A stretch of DNA of 64,000 nucleotides from Auanema rhodensis. Its lineage: Eukaryota; Animalia; Nematoda. The notes beneath the pieces are model-generated. The model made no database searches and was not told where the DNA came from. It worked only from the letters and a program-made list of their open reading frames with translations. The DNA is taken from NCBI GenBank assembly GCA_964057225.1, contig OZ059898.1, forward strand, positions 2,108,001 through 2,172,000. Direction: 5' to 3'. The position numbers and the translations under genes were made by a program. This document shows, one piece after another, positions 10,401 through 25,100 of this stretch (its first letter is position 1; each line of letters begins with the position of its first letter).

Positions 10401-13400
10401 ATCCTCGATTTTCACCCTGAAGAATTAATTTTTTCGTTGAATAACATTGTCCATCGTCTTTGCCTTGAAAAAAGGAATCTAAAAACATCTACTTTTTGCT
10501 AAATTATTTTGAAATTTTTCGAAAAAATTTTTGTCAAAATGTTTTTGGAAGCAATGTTGAGTGTACATGGAAACTCAACATACACTAATGCATCATTTTT
10601 CAAACGATCATAACTAATTTTTGTATTAAGCGTTTCTCAATGTAGTATAGTGCATTCGATGCGGATTTTTAAGCTGCGTCGATCTGTGTTATCAGATTTG
10701 CGCTAGCTTAAAAATGCACCGAGATATCAACTGATATAAGTTCACACTTATATCCTCGATTTTGACCCTGAAGAATTAATTTTTTCGTTGAATAACATTG
10801 TCCATCGTCTTTGCCTTGAAAAATGGAATCTAAAAACATCTACTTTTTGCTAAATTATTTTGAAATTTTTCGAAAAAATTTTTGTCAAAATGTTTTTGGA
10901 AGCAATGTTGAGTGTACATGGAAACTCAACATACACTAATGCATCATTTTTCAAACGATCATAACTAATTTTTGTATTAAGCGTTTCTCAATGTAGTATA
11001 GTGCATTCGATGCGGATTTTTAAGCTGCGTCGATCTGTGTTATCAGATTTGCGCTAGCTTAAAAATGCACCGAGATATCAACTGATATAAGTTCACACTT
11101 ATATCCTCGATTTTGACCCTGAAGAATTAATTTTTTCGTTGAATAACATTGTCCATCGTCTTCGCCTTGAAAAAAGGAATCTAAAAACATCTACTTTTTG
11201 CTAAATTATTTTGAAATTTTTCGAAAAAATTTTTGTCAAAATGTTTTTGGAAGCAATGTTGAGTGTACATGGAAACTCAACATACACTAATGCATCATTT
11301 TTCAAACGATCATAACTAATTTTTGTATTAAGCGTTTCTCAATGTAGTATAGTGCATTCGATGCGGATTTTTAAGCTGCGTCGATCTGTGTTATCAGATT
11401 TGCGCTAGCTTAAAAATGCACCGTGAAATCAACTGATATAAGTTCACACTTATATCCTCGATTTTCACCCTGAAGAATTAATTTTTTCGTTGAATAACAT
11501 TGTCCATCGTCTTTGCCTTGAAAAAAGGAATCTAAAAACATCTACTTTCTGCTAAATTATTTTGAAATTTTTCGAAAAAATTTTTGTCAAAATGTTTTTG
11601 GAAGCAATGTTGAGTGTACATGGAAACTCAACATACACTAATGCATCATTTTTCAAACGATCATAACTAATTTTTGTATTAAGCGTTTCTCAATGTATTA
11701 TAGTGCATTCGATGCGGATTTTTAAGCTGCGTCGATCTGTGTTATCAGATTTGCGCTAGCTTAAAAATGCACCGTGAAATCAACTGATATAAGTTCACAC
11801 TTATATCCTCGATTTTCACCCTGAAGAATTAATTTTTTCGTTGAATAACATTGTCCATCGTCTTTGCCTTGAAAAAAGGAATCTAAAAACATCTACTTTT
11901 TGCTAAATTATTTTGAAATTTTTCGAAAAAATTTTTGTCAAAATGTTTTTGGAAGCAATGTTGAGTGTACATGGAAACTCAACATACACTAATGCATCAT
12001 TTTTCAAACGATCATAACTAATTTTTGTATTAAGCGTTTCTCAATGTAGTATAGTGCATTCGATGCGGATTTTTAAGCTGCGTCGATCTGTGTTATCAGA
12101 TTTGCGCTAGCTTAAAAATGCACCGAGATATCAACTGATATAAGTTCACACTTATATCCTCGATTTTCACCCTGAAGATTTAATTTTTTCGTTGAATAAC
12201 ATTGTCCATCGTCTTTGCCTTGAAAAATGGAATCTAAAAACATCTACTTTTTGCTAAATTATTTTGAAATTTTTCGAAAAAATTTTTGTCAAAATGTTTT
12301 TGGAAGCAATGTTGAGTGTACATGGAAACTCAACATACACTAATGCATCATTTTTCAAACGATCATAACTAATTTTTGTATTAAGCGTTTCTCAATGTAG
12401 TATAGTGCATTCGATGCGGATTATTAAGCTGCGTCGATCTGTGTTATCAGATTTGCGCTAGCTTAAAAATGCACCGAGATATCAACTGATATAAGTTCAC
12501 ACTTATATCCTCGATTTTGACCCTGAAGAATTAATTTTTTCGTTGAATAACATTGTCCATCGTCTTCGCCTTGAAAAAAGGAATCTAAAAACATCTACTT
12601 TTTGCTAAATTATTTTGAAATTTTTCGAAAAAATTTTTGTCAAAATGTTTTTGGAAGCAATGTTGAGTGTACATGGAAACTCAACATACACTAATGCATC
12701 ATTTTTCAAACGATCATAACTAATTTTTGTATTAAGCGTTTCTCAATGTAGTATAGTGCATTCGATGCGGATTTTTAAGCTGCGTCGATCTGTGTTATCA
12801 GATTTGCGCTAGCTTAAAAATGCACCGAGATATCAACTGATATAAGTTCACACTTATATCCTCGATTTTCACCCTGAAGATTTAATTTTTTCGTTGAATA
12901 ACATTGTCCATCGTCTTTGCCTTGAAAAATGGAATCTAAAAACATCTACTTTTTGCTAAATTATTTTGAAATTTTTCGAAAAAATTTTTGTCAAAATGTT
13001 TTTGGAAGCAATGTTGAGTGTACATGGAAACTCAACATACACTAATGCATCATTTTTCAAACGATCATAACTAATTTTTGTATTAAGCGTTTCTCAATGT
13101 AGTATAGTGCATTCGATGCGGATTTTTAAGCTGCGTCGATCTGTGTTATCAGATTTGCGCTAGCTTAAAAATGCACCGAGATATCAACTGATATAAGTTC
13201 ACACTTATATCCTCGATTTTGACCCTGAAGAATTAATTTTTTCGTTGAATAACATTGTCCATCGTCTTCGCCTTGAAAAAAGGAATCTAAAAACATCTAC
13301 TTTTTGCTAAATTATTTTGAAATTTTTCGAAAAAATTTTTGTCAAAATGTTTTTGGAAGCAATGTTGAGTGTACATGGAAACTCAACATACACTAATGCA

Positions 13401-15795
13401 TCATTTTTCAAACGATCATAACTAATTTTTGTATTAAGCGTTTCTCAATGTAGTATAGTGCATTCGATGCGGATTTTTAAGCTGCGTCGATCTGTGTTAT
13501 CAGATTTGCGCTAGCTTAAAAATGCACCGAGATATCAACTGATATAAGTTCACACTTATATCCTCGATTTTCACCCTGAAGATTTAATTTTTTCGTTGAA
13601 TAACATTGTCCATCGTCTTTGCCTTGAAAAATGGAATCTGAAAACATCTACTTTTTGCTAAATTATTTTGAAATTTTTCGAAAAAATTTTTGTCAAAATG
13701 TTTTTGGAAGCAATGTTGAGTGTACATGGAAACTCAACATACACTAATGCATCATTTTTCAAACGATCATAACTAATTTTTGTATTAAGCGTTTCTCAAT
13801 GTAGTATAGTGCATTCGATGCGGATTTTTAAGCTGCGTCGATCTGTGTTATCAGATTTGCGCTAGCTTAAAAATGCACCGAGATATCAACTGATAAAAGT
13901 TCACACTTATATCCTCGATTTTGACCCTGAAGAATTAATTTTTTCGTTGAATAACATTGTCCATCGTCTTCGCCTTGAAAAAAGGAATCTAAAAACATCT
14001 ACTTTTTGCTAAATTATTTTGAAATTTTTCGAAAAAATTTTTGTCAAAATGTTTTTGGAAGCAATGTTGAGTGTACATGGAAACTCAACATACACTAATG
14101 CATCATTTTTCAAACGATCATAACTAATTTTTGTATTAAGCGTTTCTCAATGTAGTATAGTGCATTCGATGCGGATTTTTAAGCTGCGTCGATCTGTGTT
14201 ATCAGATTTGCGCTAGCTTAAAAATGCACCGTGAAATCAACTGATATAAGTTCACACTTATATCCTCGATTTTCACCCTGAAGATTTAATTTTTTCGTTG
14301 AATAACATTGTCCATCGTCTTTGCCTTGAAAAATGGAATCTAAAAACATCTACTTTTTGCTAAATTATTTTGAAATTTTTCGAAAAAATTTTTGTCAAAA
14401 TGTTTTTGGAAGCAATGTTGAGTGTACATGGAAACTCAACATACACTAATGCATCATTTTTCAAACGATCATAACTAATTTTTGTATTAAGCGTTTCTCA
14501 ATGTAGTATAGTGCATTCGATGCGGATTTTTAAGCTGCGTCGATCTGTGTTATCAGATTTGCGCTAGCTTAAAAATGCACCGAGATATCAACTGATATAA
14601 GTTCACACTTATATCCTCGATTTTCACCCTGAAGATTTAATTTTTTCGTTGAATAACATTGTCCATCGTCTTTGCCTTGAAAAAAGGAATCTAAAAACAT
14701 CTACTTTTTGCTAAATTATTTTGAAATTTTTCGAAAAAATTTTTGTCAAAATGTTTTTGGAAGCAATGTTGAGTGTACATGGAAACTCAACATACACTAA
14801 TGCATCATTTTTCAAACGATCATAACTAATTTTTGTATTAAGCGTTTCTCAATGTAGTATAGTGCATTCGATGCGAATTTTCAAGCTGCGTCGATCTGTG
14901 TTATCAGATTTGCGCTAGCTTAAAAATGCACCGAGATATCAACTGATATAAGTTCACACTTATATCCTCGATTTTCACCCTGAAGATTTAATTTTTTCGT
15001 TGAATAACATTGTCCATCGTCTTTGCCTTGAAAAATGGAATCTAAAAACATCTACTTTTTGCTAAATTATTTTGAAATTTTTCGAAAAAATTTTTGTCAA
15101 AATGTTTTTGGAAGCAATGTTGAGTGTACATGGAAACTCAACATACACTAATGCATCATTTTTCAAACGATCATAACTAATTTTTGTATTAAGCGTTTCT
15201 CAATGTAGTATAGTGCATTCGATGCGGATTTTTAAGCTGCGTCGATCTGTGTTATCAGATTTGCGCTAGCTTAAAAATGCACCGAGATATCAACTGATAT
15301 AAGTTCACACTTATATCCTCGATTTTGACCCTGAAGAATTAATTTTTTCGTTGAATAACATTGTCCATCGTCTTCGCCTTGAAAAAAGGAATCTAAAAAC
15401 ATCTACTTTTTGCTAAATTATTTTGAAATTTTTCGAAAAAATTTTTGTCAAAATGTTTTTGGAAGCAATGTTGAGTGTACATGGAAACTCAACATACACT
15501 AATGCATCATTTTTCAAACGATCATAACTAATTTTTGTATTAAGCGTTTCTCAATGTAGTATAGTGCATTCGATGCGGATTTTTAAGCTGCGTCGATCTG
15601 TGTTATCAGATTTGCGCTAGCTTAAAAATGCACCGAGATATCAACTGATATAAGTTCACACTTATATCCTCGATTTTCACCCTGAAGATTTAATTTTTTC
15701 GTTGAATAACAATGTCCATCGTCTTTGCCTTGAAAAATGGAATCTAAAAACATCTACTTTTTGCTAAATTATTTTGAAATTTTTCGAAAAAATTT
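1405..15795. repeat. Two copies of a 15-monomer (5265-bp) HOR, each internally expanded: 1405-9126 (22 monomers) and 9127-15795 (19 monomers)
   Basis: The same order of rare variants appears in both copies: G203T, T317C, G115T, T138A, T207A, A/B hybrid, B/E hybrid, T140C, T268A. Confidence 0.8.
3862..8775. repeat. Tandem duplication of a 7-monomer block (2457 bp): 3862-6318 and 6319-8775
   Basis: The order C, B, C(T207A), A/B, B/E, B(T140C), C occurs twice in succession. Confidence 0.85.
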
Positions 15796-18250
15796 TTGTC
15801 AAAATGTTTTTGGAAGCAATGTTGAGTGTACATGGAAACTCAACATACACTAATGCATCATTTTTCAAACGATCATAACTAATTTTTGTATTAAGCGTTT
15901 CTCAATGTAGTATAGTGCATTCGATGCGGATTTTTAAGCTGCGTCGATCTGTGTTATCAGATTTGCGCTAGCTTAAAAATGCACCGAGATATCAACTGAT
16001 ATAAGTTCACACTTATATCCTCGATTTTCACCCTGAAGATTTAATTTTTTCGTTGAATAACATTGTCCATCGTCTTTGCCTTGAAAAATGGAATCTAAAA
16101 ACATCTACTTTTTGCTAAATTATTTCGAAATTTTTCGAAAAAATTTTTGTCAAAATGTTTTTGGAAGCAATGTTGAGTGTACATGGAAACTCAACATACA
16201 CTAATGCATCATTTTTCAAACGATCATAACTAATTTTTGTATTAAGCGTTTCTCAATGTAGTATAGTGCATTCGATGCGGATTTTTAAGCTGCGTCGATC
16301 TGTGTTATCAGATTTGCGCTAGCTTAAAAATGCACCGAGATATCAACTGATATAAGTTCACACTTATATCCTCGATTTTCACCCTGAAGAATTAATTTTT
16401 TCGTTGAATAACATTGTCCATCGTCTTTGCCTTGAAAAAAGGAATCTAAAAACATCTACTTTTTGCTAAATTTTTTTGAAATTTTTCGAAAAAAGTTTTG
16501 TCAAAATGTTTTTGGAAGCAATGTTGAGTGTACATGGAAACTCAACATACACTAATGCATCATTTTTCAAACGATCATAACTAATTTTTGTATTAAGCGT
16601 TTCTCAATGTAGTATAGTGCATTCGATGCGGATTTTTAAGCTGCGTCGATCTGTGTTATCAGATTTGCGCTAGCTTAAAAATGCACCGAGATATCAACTG
16701 ATATAAGTTCACACTTATATCCTCGATTTTCACCCTGAAGAATTAATTTTTTCGTTGAATAACATTGTCCATCGTCTTTGCCTTGAAAAATGGAATCTAA
16801 AAACATCTACTTTTTGCTAAATTATTTTGAAATTTTTCGAAAAAATTTTTGTCAAAATGTTTTTGGAAGCAATGTTGAGTGTACATGGAAACTCAACATA
16901 CACTAATGCATCATTTTTCAAACGATCATAACTAATTTTTGTATTAAGCGTTTCTCAATGTAGTATAGTGCATTCGATGCGGATTTTTAAGCTGCGTCGA
17001 TCTGTGTTATCAGATTTGCGCTAGCTTAAAAATGCACCGAGATATCAACTGATATAAGTTCACACTTATATCCTCGATTTTCACCCTGAAGAATTAATTT
17101 TTTGTTGAATAACATTGTCCATCGTCTTTGCCTTGAAAAAAGGAATCTAAAAACATCTACTTTTTGCTAAATTATTTTGAAATTTTTCGAAAAAATTTTT
17201 GTCAAAATGTTTTTGGAAGCAATGTTGAGTGTACATGGAAATCAACATACACTAATGCATCATTTTTCAAACGATCATAACTAATTTTTGTATTAAGCGT
17301 TTCTCAATGTATTATAGTGCATTCGATGCGGATTTTTAAGCTGCGTCGATCTGTGTTATCAGATTTGCGCTAACTTAAAAATGCACCGTGAAATCAACTG
17401 ATATAAGTTCACACTTATATCCTCGATTTTCACCCTGAAGAATTAATTTTTTCGTTGAATAACATTGTCCATCGTCTTTGCCTTGAAAAAAGGAATCTAA
17501 AAACATCTACTTTTTGCTAAATTATTTTGAAATTTTTCGAAAAAATTTTTGTCAAAATGTTTTTGGAAGCAATGTTGAGTGTACATGGAAACTCAACATA
17601 CACTAATGCATCATTTTTCAAACGATCATAACTAATTTTTGTATTAAGCGTTTCTCAATGTAGTATAGTGCATTCGATGCGGATTTTTAAGCTGCGTCGA
17701 TCTGTGTTATCAGATTTGCGCTAGCTTAAAAATGCACCGAGATATCAACTGATATAAGTTCACACTTATATCCTCGATTTTCACCCTGAAGATTTAATTT
17801 TTTCGTTGAATAACATTGTCCATCGTCTTTGCCTTGAAAAATGGAATCTAAAAACATCTACTTTTTGCTAAATTATTTTGAAATTTTTCGAAAAAATTTT
17901 TGTCAAAATGTTTTTGGAAGCAATGTTGAGTGTACATGGAAACTCAACATACACTAATGCATCATTTTTCAAACGATCATAACTAATTTTTGTATTAAGC
18001 GTTTCTCAATGTAGTATAGTGCATTCGATGCGGATTATTAAGCTGCGTCGATCTGTGTTATCAGATTTGCGCTAGCTTAAAAATGCACCGAGATATCAAC
18101 TGATATAAGTTCACACTTATATCCTCGATTTTGACCCTGAAGAATTAATTTTTTCGTTGAATAACATTGTCCATCGTCTTCGCCTTGAAAAAAGGAATCT
18201 AAAAACATCTACTTTTTGCTAAATTATTTTGAAATTTTTCGAAAAAATTT

Positions 18251-20707
18251 TTGTCAAAATGTTTTTGGAAGCAATGTTGAGTGTACATGGAAACTCAACA
18301 TACACTAATGCATCATTTTTCAAACGATCATAACTAATTTTTGTATTAAGCGTTTCTCAATGTAGTATAGTGCATTCGATGCGGATTTTTAAGCTGCGTC
18401 GATCTGTGTTATCAGATTTGCGCTAGCTTAAAAATGCACCGAGATATCAACTGATATAAGTTCACACTTATATCCTCGATTTTCACCCTGAAGAATTAAT
18501 TTTTTCGTTGAATAACATTGTCCATCGTTTTTGCCTTGAAAAAAGGAATCTAAAAACATCTACTTTTTGCTAAATTATTTTGAAATTTTTCGAAAAAATT
18601 TTTGTCAAAATGTTTTTGGAAGCAATGTTGAGTGTACATGGAAACTCAACATACACTAATGCATCATTTTTCAAACGATCATAACTAATTTTTGTATTAA
18701 GCGTTTCTCAATGTAGTATAGTGCATTCGATGCGGATTTTTAAGCTGCGTCGATCTGTGTTATCAGATTTGCGCTAGCTTAAAAATGCACCGAGATATCA
18801 ACTGATATAAGTTCACACTTATATCCTCGATTTTCACCCTGAAGAATTAATTTTTTCGTTGAATAACATTGTCCATCGTTTTTGCCTTGAAAAAAGGAAT
18901 CTAAAAACATCTACTTTTTGCTAAATTATTTTGAAATTTTTCGAAAAAATTTTTGTCAAAATGTTTTTGGAAGCAATGTTGAGTGTACATGGAAACTCAA
19001 CATACACTAATGCATCATTTTTCAAACGATCATAACTAATTTTTGTATTAAGCGTTTCTCAATGTAGTATAGTGCATTCGATGCGGATTTTTAAGCTGCG
19101 TCGATCTGTGTTATCAGATTTGCGCTAGCTTAAAAATGCACCGAGATATCAACTGATATAAGTTCACACTTATATCCTCGATTTTCACCCTGAAGAATTA
19201 ATTTTTTCGTTGAATAACATTGTCCATCGTTTTTGCCTTGAAAAAAGGAATCTAAAAACATCTACTTTTTGCTAAATTATTTTGAAATTTTTCGAAAAAA
19301 TTTTTGTCAAAATGTTTTTGGAAGCAATGTTGAGTGTACATGGAAACTCAACATACACTAATGCATCATTTTTCAAACGATCATAACTAATTTTTGTATT
19401 AAGCGTTTCTCAATGTAGTATAGTGCATTCGATGCGGATTTTTAAGCTGCGTCGATCTGTGTTATCAGATTTGCGCTAGCTTAAAAATGCACCGAGATAT
19501 CAACTGATATAAGTTCACACTTATATCCTCGATTTTCACCCTGAAGAATTAATTTTTTCGTTGAATAACATTGTCCATCGTTTTTGCCTTGAAAAAAGGA
19601 ATCTAAAAACATCTACTTTTTGCTAAATTATTTTGAAATTTTTCGAAAAAATTTTTGTCAAAATGTTTTTGGAAGCAATGTTGAGTGTACATGGAAACTC
19701 AACATACACTAATGCATCATTTTTCAAACGATCATAACTAATTTTTGTATTAAGCGTTTCTCAATGTAGTATAGTGCATTCGATGCGGATTTTTAAGCTG
19801 CGTCGATCTGTGTTATCAGATTTGCGCTAGCTTAAAAATGCACCGAGATATCAACTGATATAAGTTCACACTTATATCCTCGATTTTCACCCTGAAGAAT
19901 TAATTTTTTCGTTGAATAACATTGTCCATCGTTTTTGCCTTGAAAAAAGGAATCTAAAAACATCTACTTTTTGCTAAATTATTTTGAAATTTTTCGAAAA
20001 AATTTTTGTCAAAATGTTTTTGGAAGCAATGTTGAGTGTACATGGAAACTCAACATACACTAATGCATCATTTTTCAAACGATCATAACTAATTTTTGTA
20101 TTAAGCGTTTCTCAATGTAGTATAGTGCATTCGATGCGGATTTTTAAGCTGCGTCGATCTGTGTTATCAGATTTGCGCTAGCTTAAAAATGCACCGAGAT
20201 ATCAACTGATATAAGTTCACACTTATATCCTCGATTTTCACCCTGAAGAATTAATTTTTTCGTTGAATAACATTGTCCATCGTTTTTGCCTTGAAAAAAG
20301 GAATCTAAAAACATCTACTTTTTGCTAAATTATTTTGAAATTTTTCGAAAAAATTTTTGTCAAAATGTTTTTGGAAGCAATGTTGAGTGTACATGGAAAC
20401 TCAACATACACTAATGCATCATTTTTCAAACGATCATAACTAATTTTTGTATTAAGCGTTTCTCAATGTAGTATAGTGCATTCGATGCGGATTTTTAAGC
20501 TGCGTCGATCTGTGTTATCAGATTTGCGCTAGCTTAAAAATGCACCGAGATATCAACTGATATAAGTTCACACTTATATCCTCGATTTTCACCCTGAAGA
20601 ATTAATTTTTTCGTTGAATAACATTGTCCATCGTTTTTGCCTTGAAAAAAGGAATCTAAAAACATCTACTTTTTGCTAAATTATTTTGAAATTTTTCGAA
20701 AAAATTT
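18251..20707. repeat. Run of seven apparently identical type D monomers
   Basis: All carry CATCGTTTTTGCC (C279T), GAATT and AAAAGG, with no private variants seen. Confidence 0.8.
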
Positions 20708-22111
20708 TTGTCAAAATGTTTTTGGAAGCAATGTTGAGTGTACATGGAAACTCAACATACACTAATGCATCATTTTTCAAACGATCATAACTAATTTTTG
20801 TATTAAGCGTTTCTCAATGTAGTATAGTGCATTCGATGCGGATTTTTAAGCTGCGTCGATCTGTGTTATCAGATTTGCGCTAGCTTAAAAATGCACCGAG
20901 ATATCAACTGATATAAGTTCACACTTATATCCTCGATTTTCACCCTGAAGATTTAATTTTTTCGTTGAATAACATTGTCCATCGTCTTTGCCTTGAAAAA
21001 TGGAATCTAAAAACATCTACTTTTTGCTAAATTATTTTGAAATTTTTCGAAAAAATTTTTGTCAAAATGTTTTTGGAAGCAATGTTGAGTGTACATGGAA
21101 ACTCAACATACACTAATGCATCATTTTTCAAACGATCATAACTAATTTTTGTATTAAGCGTTTCTCAATGTAGTATAGTGCATTCGATGCGGATTTTTAA
21201 GCTGCGTCGATCTGTGTTATCAGATTTGCGCTAGCTTAAAAATGCACCGAGATATCAACTGATATAAGTTCACACTTATATCCTCGATTTTCACCCTGAA
21301 GAATTAATTTTTTCGTTGAATAACATTGTCCATCGTTTTTGCCTTGAAAAAAGGAATCTAAAAACATCTACTTTTTGCTAAATTATTTTGAAATTTTTCG
21401 AAAAAATTTTTGTCAAAATGTTTTTGGAAGCAATGTTGAGTGTACATGGAAACTCAACATACACTAATGCATCATTTTTCAAACGATCATAACTAATTTT
21501 TGTATTAAGCGTTTCTCAATGTAGTATAGTGCATTCGATGCGGATTTTTAAGCTGCGTCGATCTGTGTTATCAGATTTGCGCTAGCTTAAAAATGCACCG
21601 AGATATCAACTGATATAAGTTCACACTTATATCCTCGATTTTCACCCTGAAGAATTAATTTTTTCGTTGAATAACATTGTCCATCGTTTTTGCCTTGAAA
21701 AAAGGAATCTAAAAACATCTACTTTTTGCTAAATTATTTTGAAATTTTTCGAAAAAATTTTTGTCAAAATGTTTTTGGAAGCAATGTTGAGTGTACATGG
21801 AAACTCAACATACACTAATGCATCATTTTTCAAACGATCATAACTAATTTTTGTATTAAGCGTTTCTCAATGTAGTATAGTGCATTCGATGCGGATTTTT
21901 AAGCTGCGTCGATCTGTGTTATCAGATTTGCGCTAGCTTAAAAATGCACCGAGATATCAACTGATATAAGTTCACACTTATATCCTCGATTTTCACCCTG
22001 AAGAATTAATTTTTTCGTTGAATAACATTGTCCATCGTTTTTGCCTTGAAAAAAGGAATCTAAAAACATCTACTTTTTGCTAAATTATTTTGAAATTTTT
22101 CGAAAAAATTT

Positions 22112-25100
22112 TTGTCAAAATGTTTTTGGAAGCAATGTTGAGTGTACATGGAAACTCAACATACACTAATGCATCATTTTTCAAACGATCATAACTAATT
22201 TTTGTATTAAGCGTTTCTCAATGTAGTATAGTGCATTCGATGCGGATTTTTAAGCTGCGTCGATCTGTGTTATCAGATTTGCGCTAGCTTAAAAATGCAC
22301 CGAGATATCAACTGATATAAGTTCACACTTATATCCTCGATTTTCACCCTGAAGATTTAATTTTTTCGTTGAATAACATTGTCCATCGTCTTTGCCTTGA
22401 AAAATGGAATCTAAAAACATCTACTTTTTGCTAAATTATTTTGAAATTTTTCGAAAAAATTTTTGTCAAAATGTTTTTGGAAGCAATGTTGAGTGTACAT
22501 GGAAACTCAACATACACTAATGCATCATTTTTCAAACGATCATAACTAATTTTTGTATTAAGCGTTTCTCAATGTAGTATAGTGCATTCGATGCGGATTT
22601 TTAAGCTGCGTCGATCTGTGTTATCAGATTTGCGCTAGCTTAAAAATGCACCGAGATATCAACAGATATAAGTTCACACTTATATCCTCGATTTTCACCC
22701 TGAAGATTTAATTTTTTCGTTGAATAACATTGTCCATCGTCTTTGCCTTGAAAAATGGAATCTAAAAACATCTACTTTTTGCTAAATTATTTTGAAATTT
22801 TTCGAAAAAATTTTTGTCAAAATGTTTTTGGAAGCAATGTTGAGGGTACATGGAAACTCAACATACACTAATGCATCATTTTTCAAACGATCATAACTAA
22901 TTTTTGTATTAAGCGTTTCTCAATGTAGTATAGTGCATTCGATGCGGATTTTTAAGCTGCGTCGATCTGTGTTATCAGATTTGCGCTAGCTTAAAAATGC
23001 ACCGAGATATCAACTGATATAAGTTCACACTTATATCCTCGATTTTCACCCTGAAGATTTAATTTTTTCGTTGAATAACATTGTCCATCGTCTTTGCCTT
23101 GAAAAATGGAATCTAAAAACATCTACTTTTTGCTAAATTATTTTGAAATTTTTCGAAAAAATTTTTGTCAAAATGTTTTTGGAAGCAATGTTGAGTGTAC
23201 ATGGAAACTCAACATACACTAATGCATCATTTTTCAAACGATCATAACTAATTTTTGTATTAAGCGTTTCTCAATGTAGTATAGTGCATTCGATGCGGAT
23301 TTTTAAGCTGCGTCGATCTGTGTTATCAGATTTGCGCTAGCTTAAAAATGCACCGAGATATCAACTGATATAAGTTCACACTTATATCCTCGATTTTCAC
23401 CCTGAAGATTTAATTTTTTCGTTGAATAACATTGTCCATCGTCTTTGCCTTGAAAAATGGAATCTAAAAACATCTACTTTTTGCTAAATTATTTTGAAAT
23501 TTTTCGAAAAAATTTTTGTCAAAATGTTTTTGGAAGCAATGTTGAGTGTACATGGAAACTCAACATACACTAATGCATCATTTTTCAAACGATCATAACT
23601 AATTTTTGTATTAAGCGTTTCTCAATGTAGTATAGTGCATTCGATGCGGATTTTTAAGCTGCGTCGATCTGTGTTATCAGATTTGCGCTAGCTTAAAAAT
23701 GCACCGAGATATCAACTGATATAAGTTCACACATATATCCTCGATTTTCACCCTGAAGAATTAATTTTTTTGTTGAATAACATTGTCCATCGTCTTTGCC
23801 TTGAAAAAAGGAATCTAAAAACATCTACTTTTTGCTAAATTATTTTGAAATTTTTCGAAAAAATTTTTGTCAAAATGTTTTTGGAAGCAATGTTGAGTGT
23901 ACATGGAAACTCAACATACACTAATGCATCATTTTTCAAACGATCATAACTAATTTTTGTATTAAGCGTTTCTCAATGTAGTATAGTGCATTCGATGCGG
24001 ATTTTTAAGCTGCGTCGATCTGTGTTATCAGATTTGCGCTAGCTTAAAAATGCACCGAGATATCAACTGATATAAGTTCACACATATATCCTCGATTTTC
24101 ACCCTGAAGAATTAATTTTTTTGTTGAATAACATTGTCCATCGTCTTTGCCTTGAAAAAAGGAATCTAAAAACATCTACTTTTTGCTAAATTATTTTGAA
24201 ATTTTTCGAAAAAATTTTTGTCAAAATGTTTTTGGAAGCAATGTTGAGTGTACATGGAAACTCAACATACACTAATGCATCATTTTTCAAACGATCATAA
24301 CTAATTTTTGTATTAAGCGTTTCTCAATGTATTATAGTGCATTCGATGCGGATTTTTAAGCTGCGTCGATCTGTGTTATCAGATTTGCGCTAGCTTAAAA
24401 ATGCACCGTGAAATCAACTGATATAAGTTCACACTTATATCCTCGATTTTCACCCTGAAGAATTAATTTTTTCGTTGAATAACATTGTCCATCGTCTTTG
24501 CCTTGAAAAAAGGAATCTAAAAACATCTACTTTTTGCTAAATTATTTTGAAATTTTTCGAAAAAATTTTTGTCAAAATGTTTTTGGAAGCAATGTTGAGT
24601 GTACATGGAAACTCAACATACACTAATGCATCATTTTTCAAACGATCATAACTAATTTTTGTATTAAGCGTTTCTCAATGTAGTATAGTGCATTCGATGC
24701 GGATTTTTAAGCTGCGTCGATCTGTGTTATCAGATTTGCGCTAGCTTAAAAATGCACCGAGATATCAACTGATATAAGTTCACACTTATATCCTCGATTT
24801 TCACCCTGAAGAATTAATTTTTTCGTTGAATAACATTGTCCATCGTTTTTGCCTTGAAAAAAGGAATCTAAAAACATCTACTTTTTGCTAAATTATTTTG
24901 AAATTTTTTGAAAAAATTTTTGTCAAAATGTTTTTGGAAGCAATGTTGAGTGTACATGGAAACTCAACATACACTAATGCATCATTTTTCAAACGATCAT
25001 AACTAATTTTTGTATTAAGCGTTTCTCAATGTAGTATAGTGCATTCGATGCGGATTTTTAAGCTGCGTCGATCTGTGTTATCAGATTTGCGCTAGCTTAA

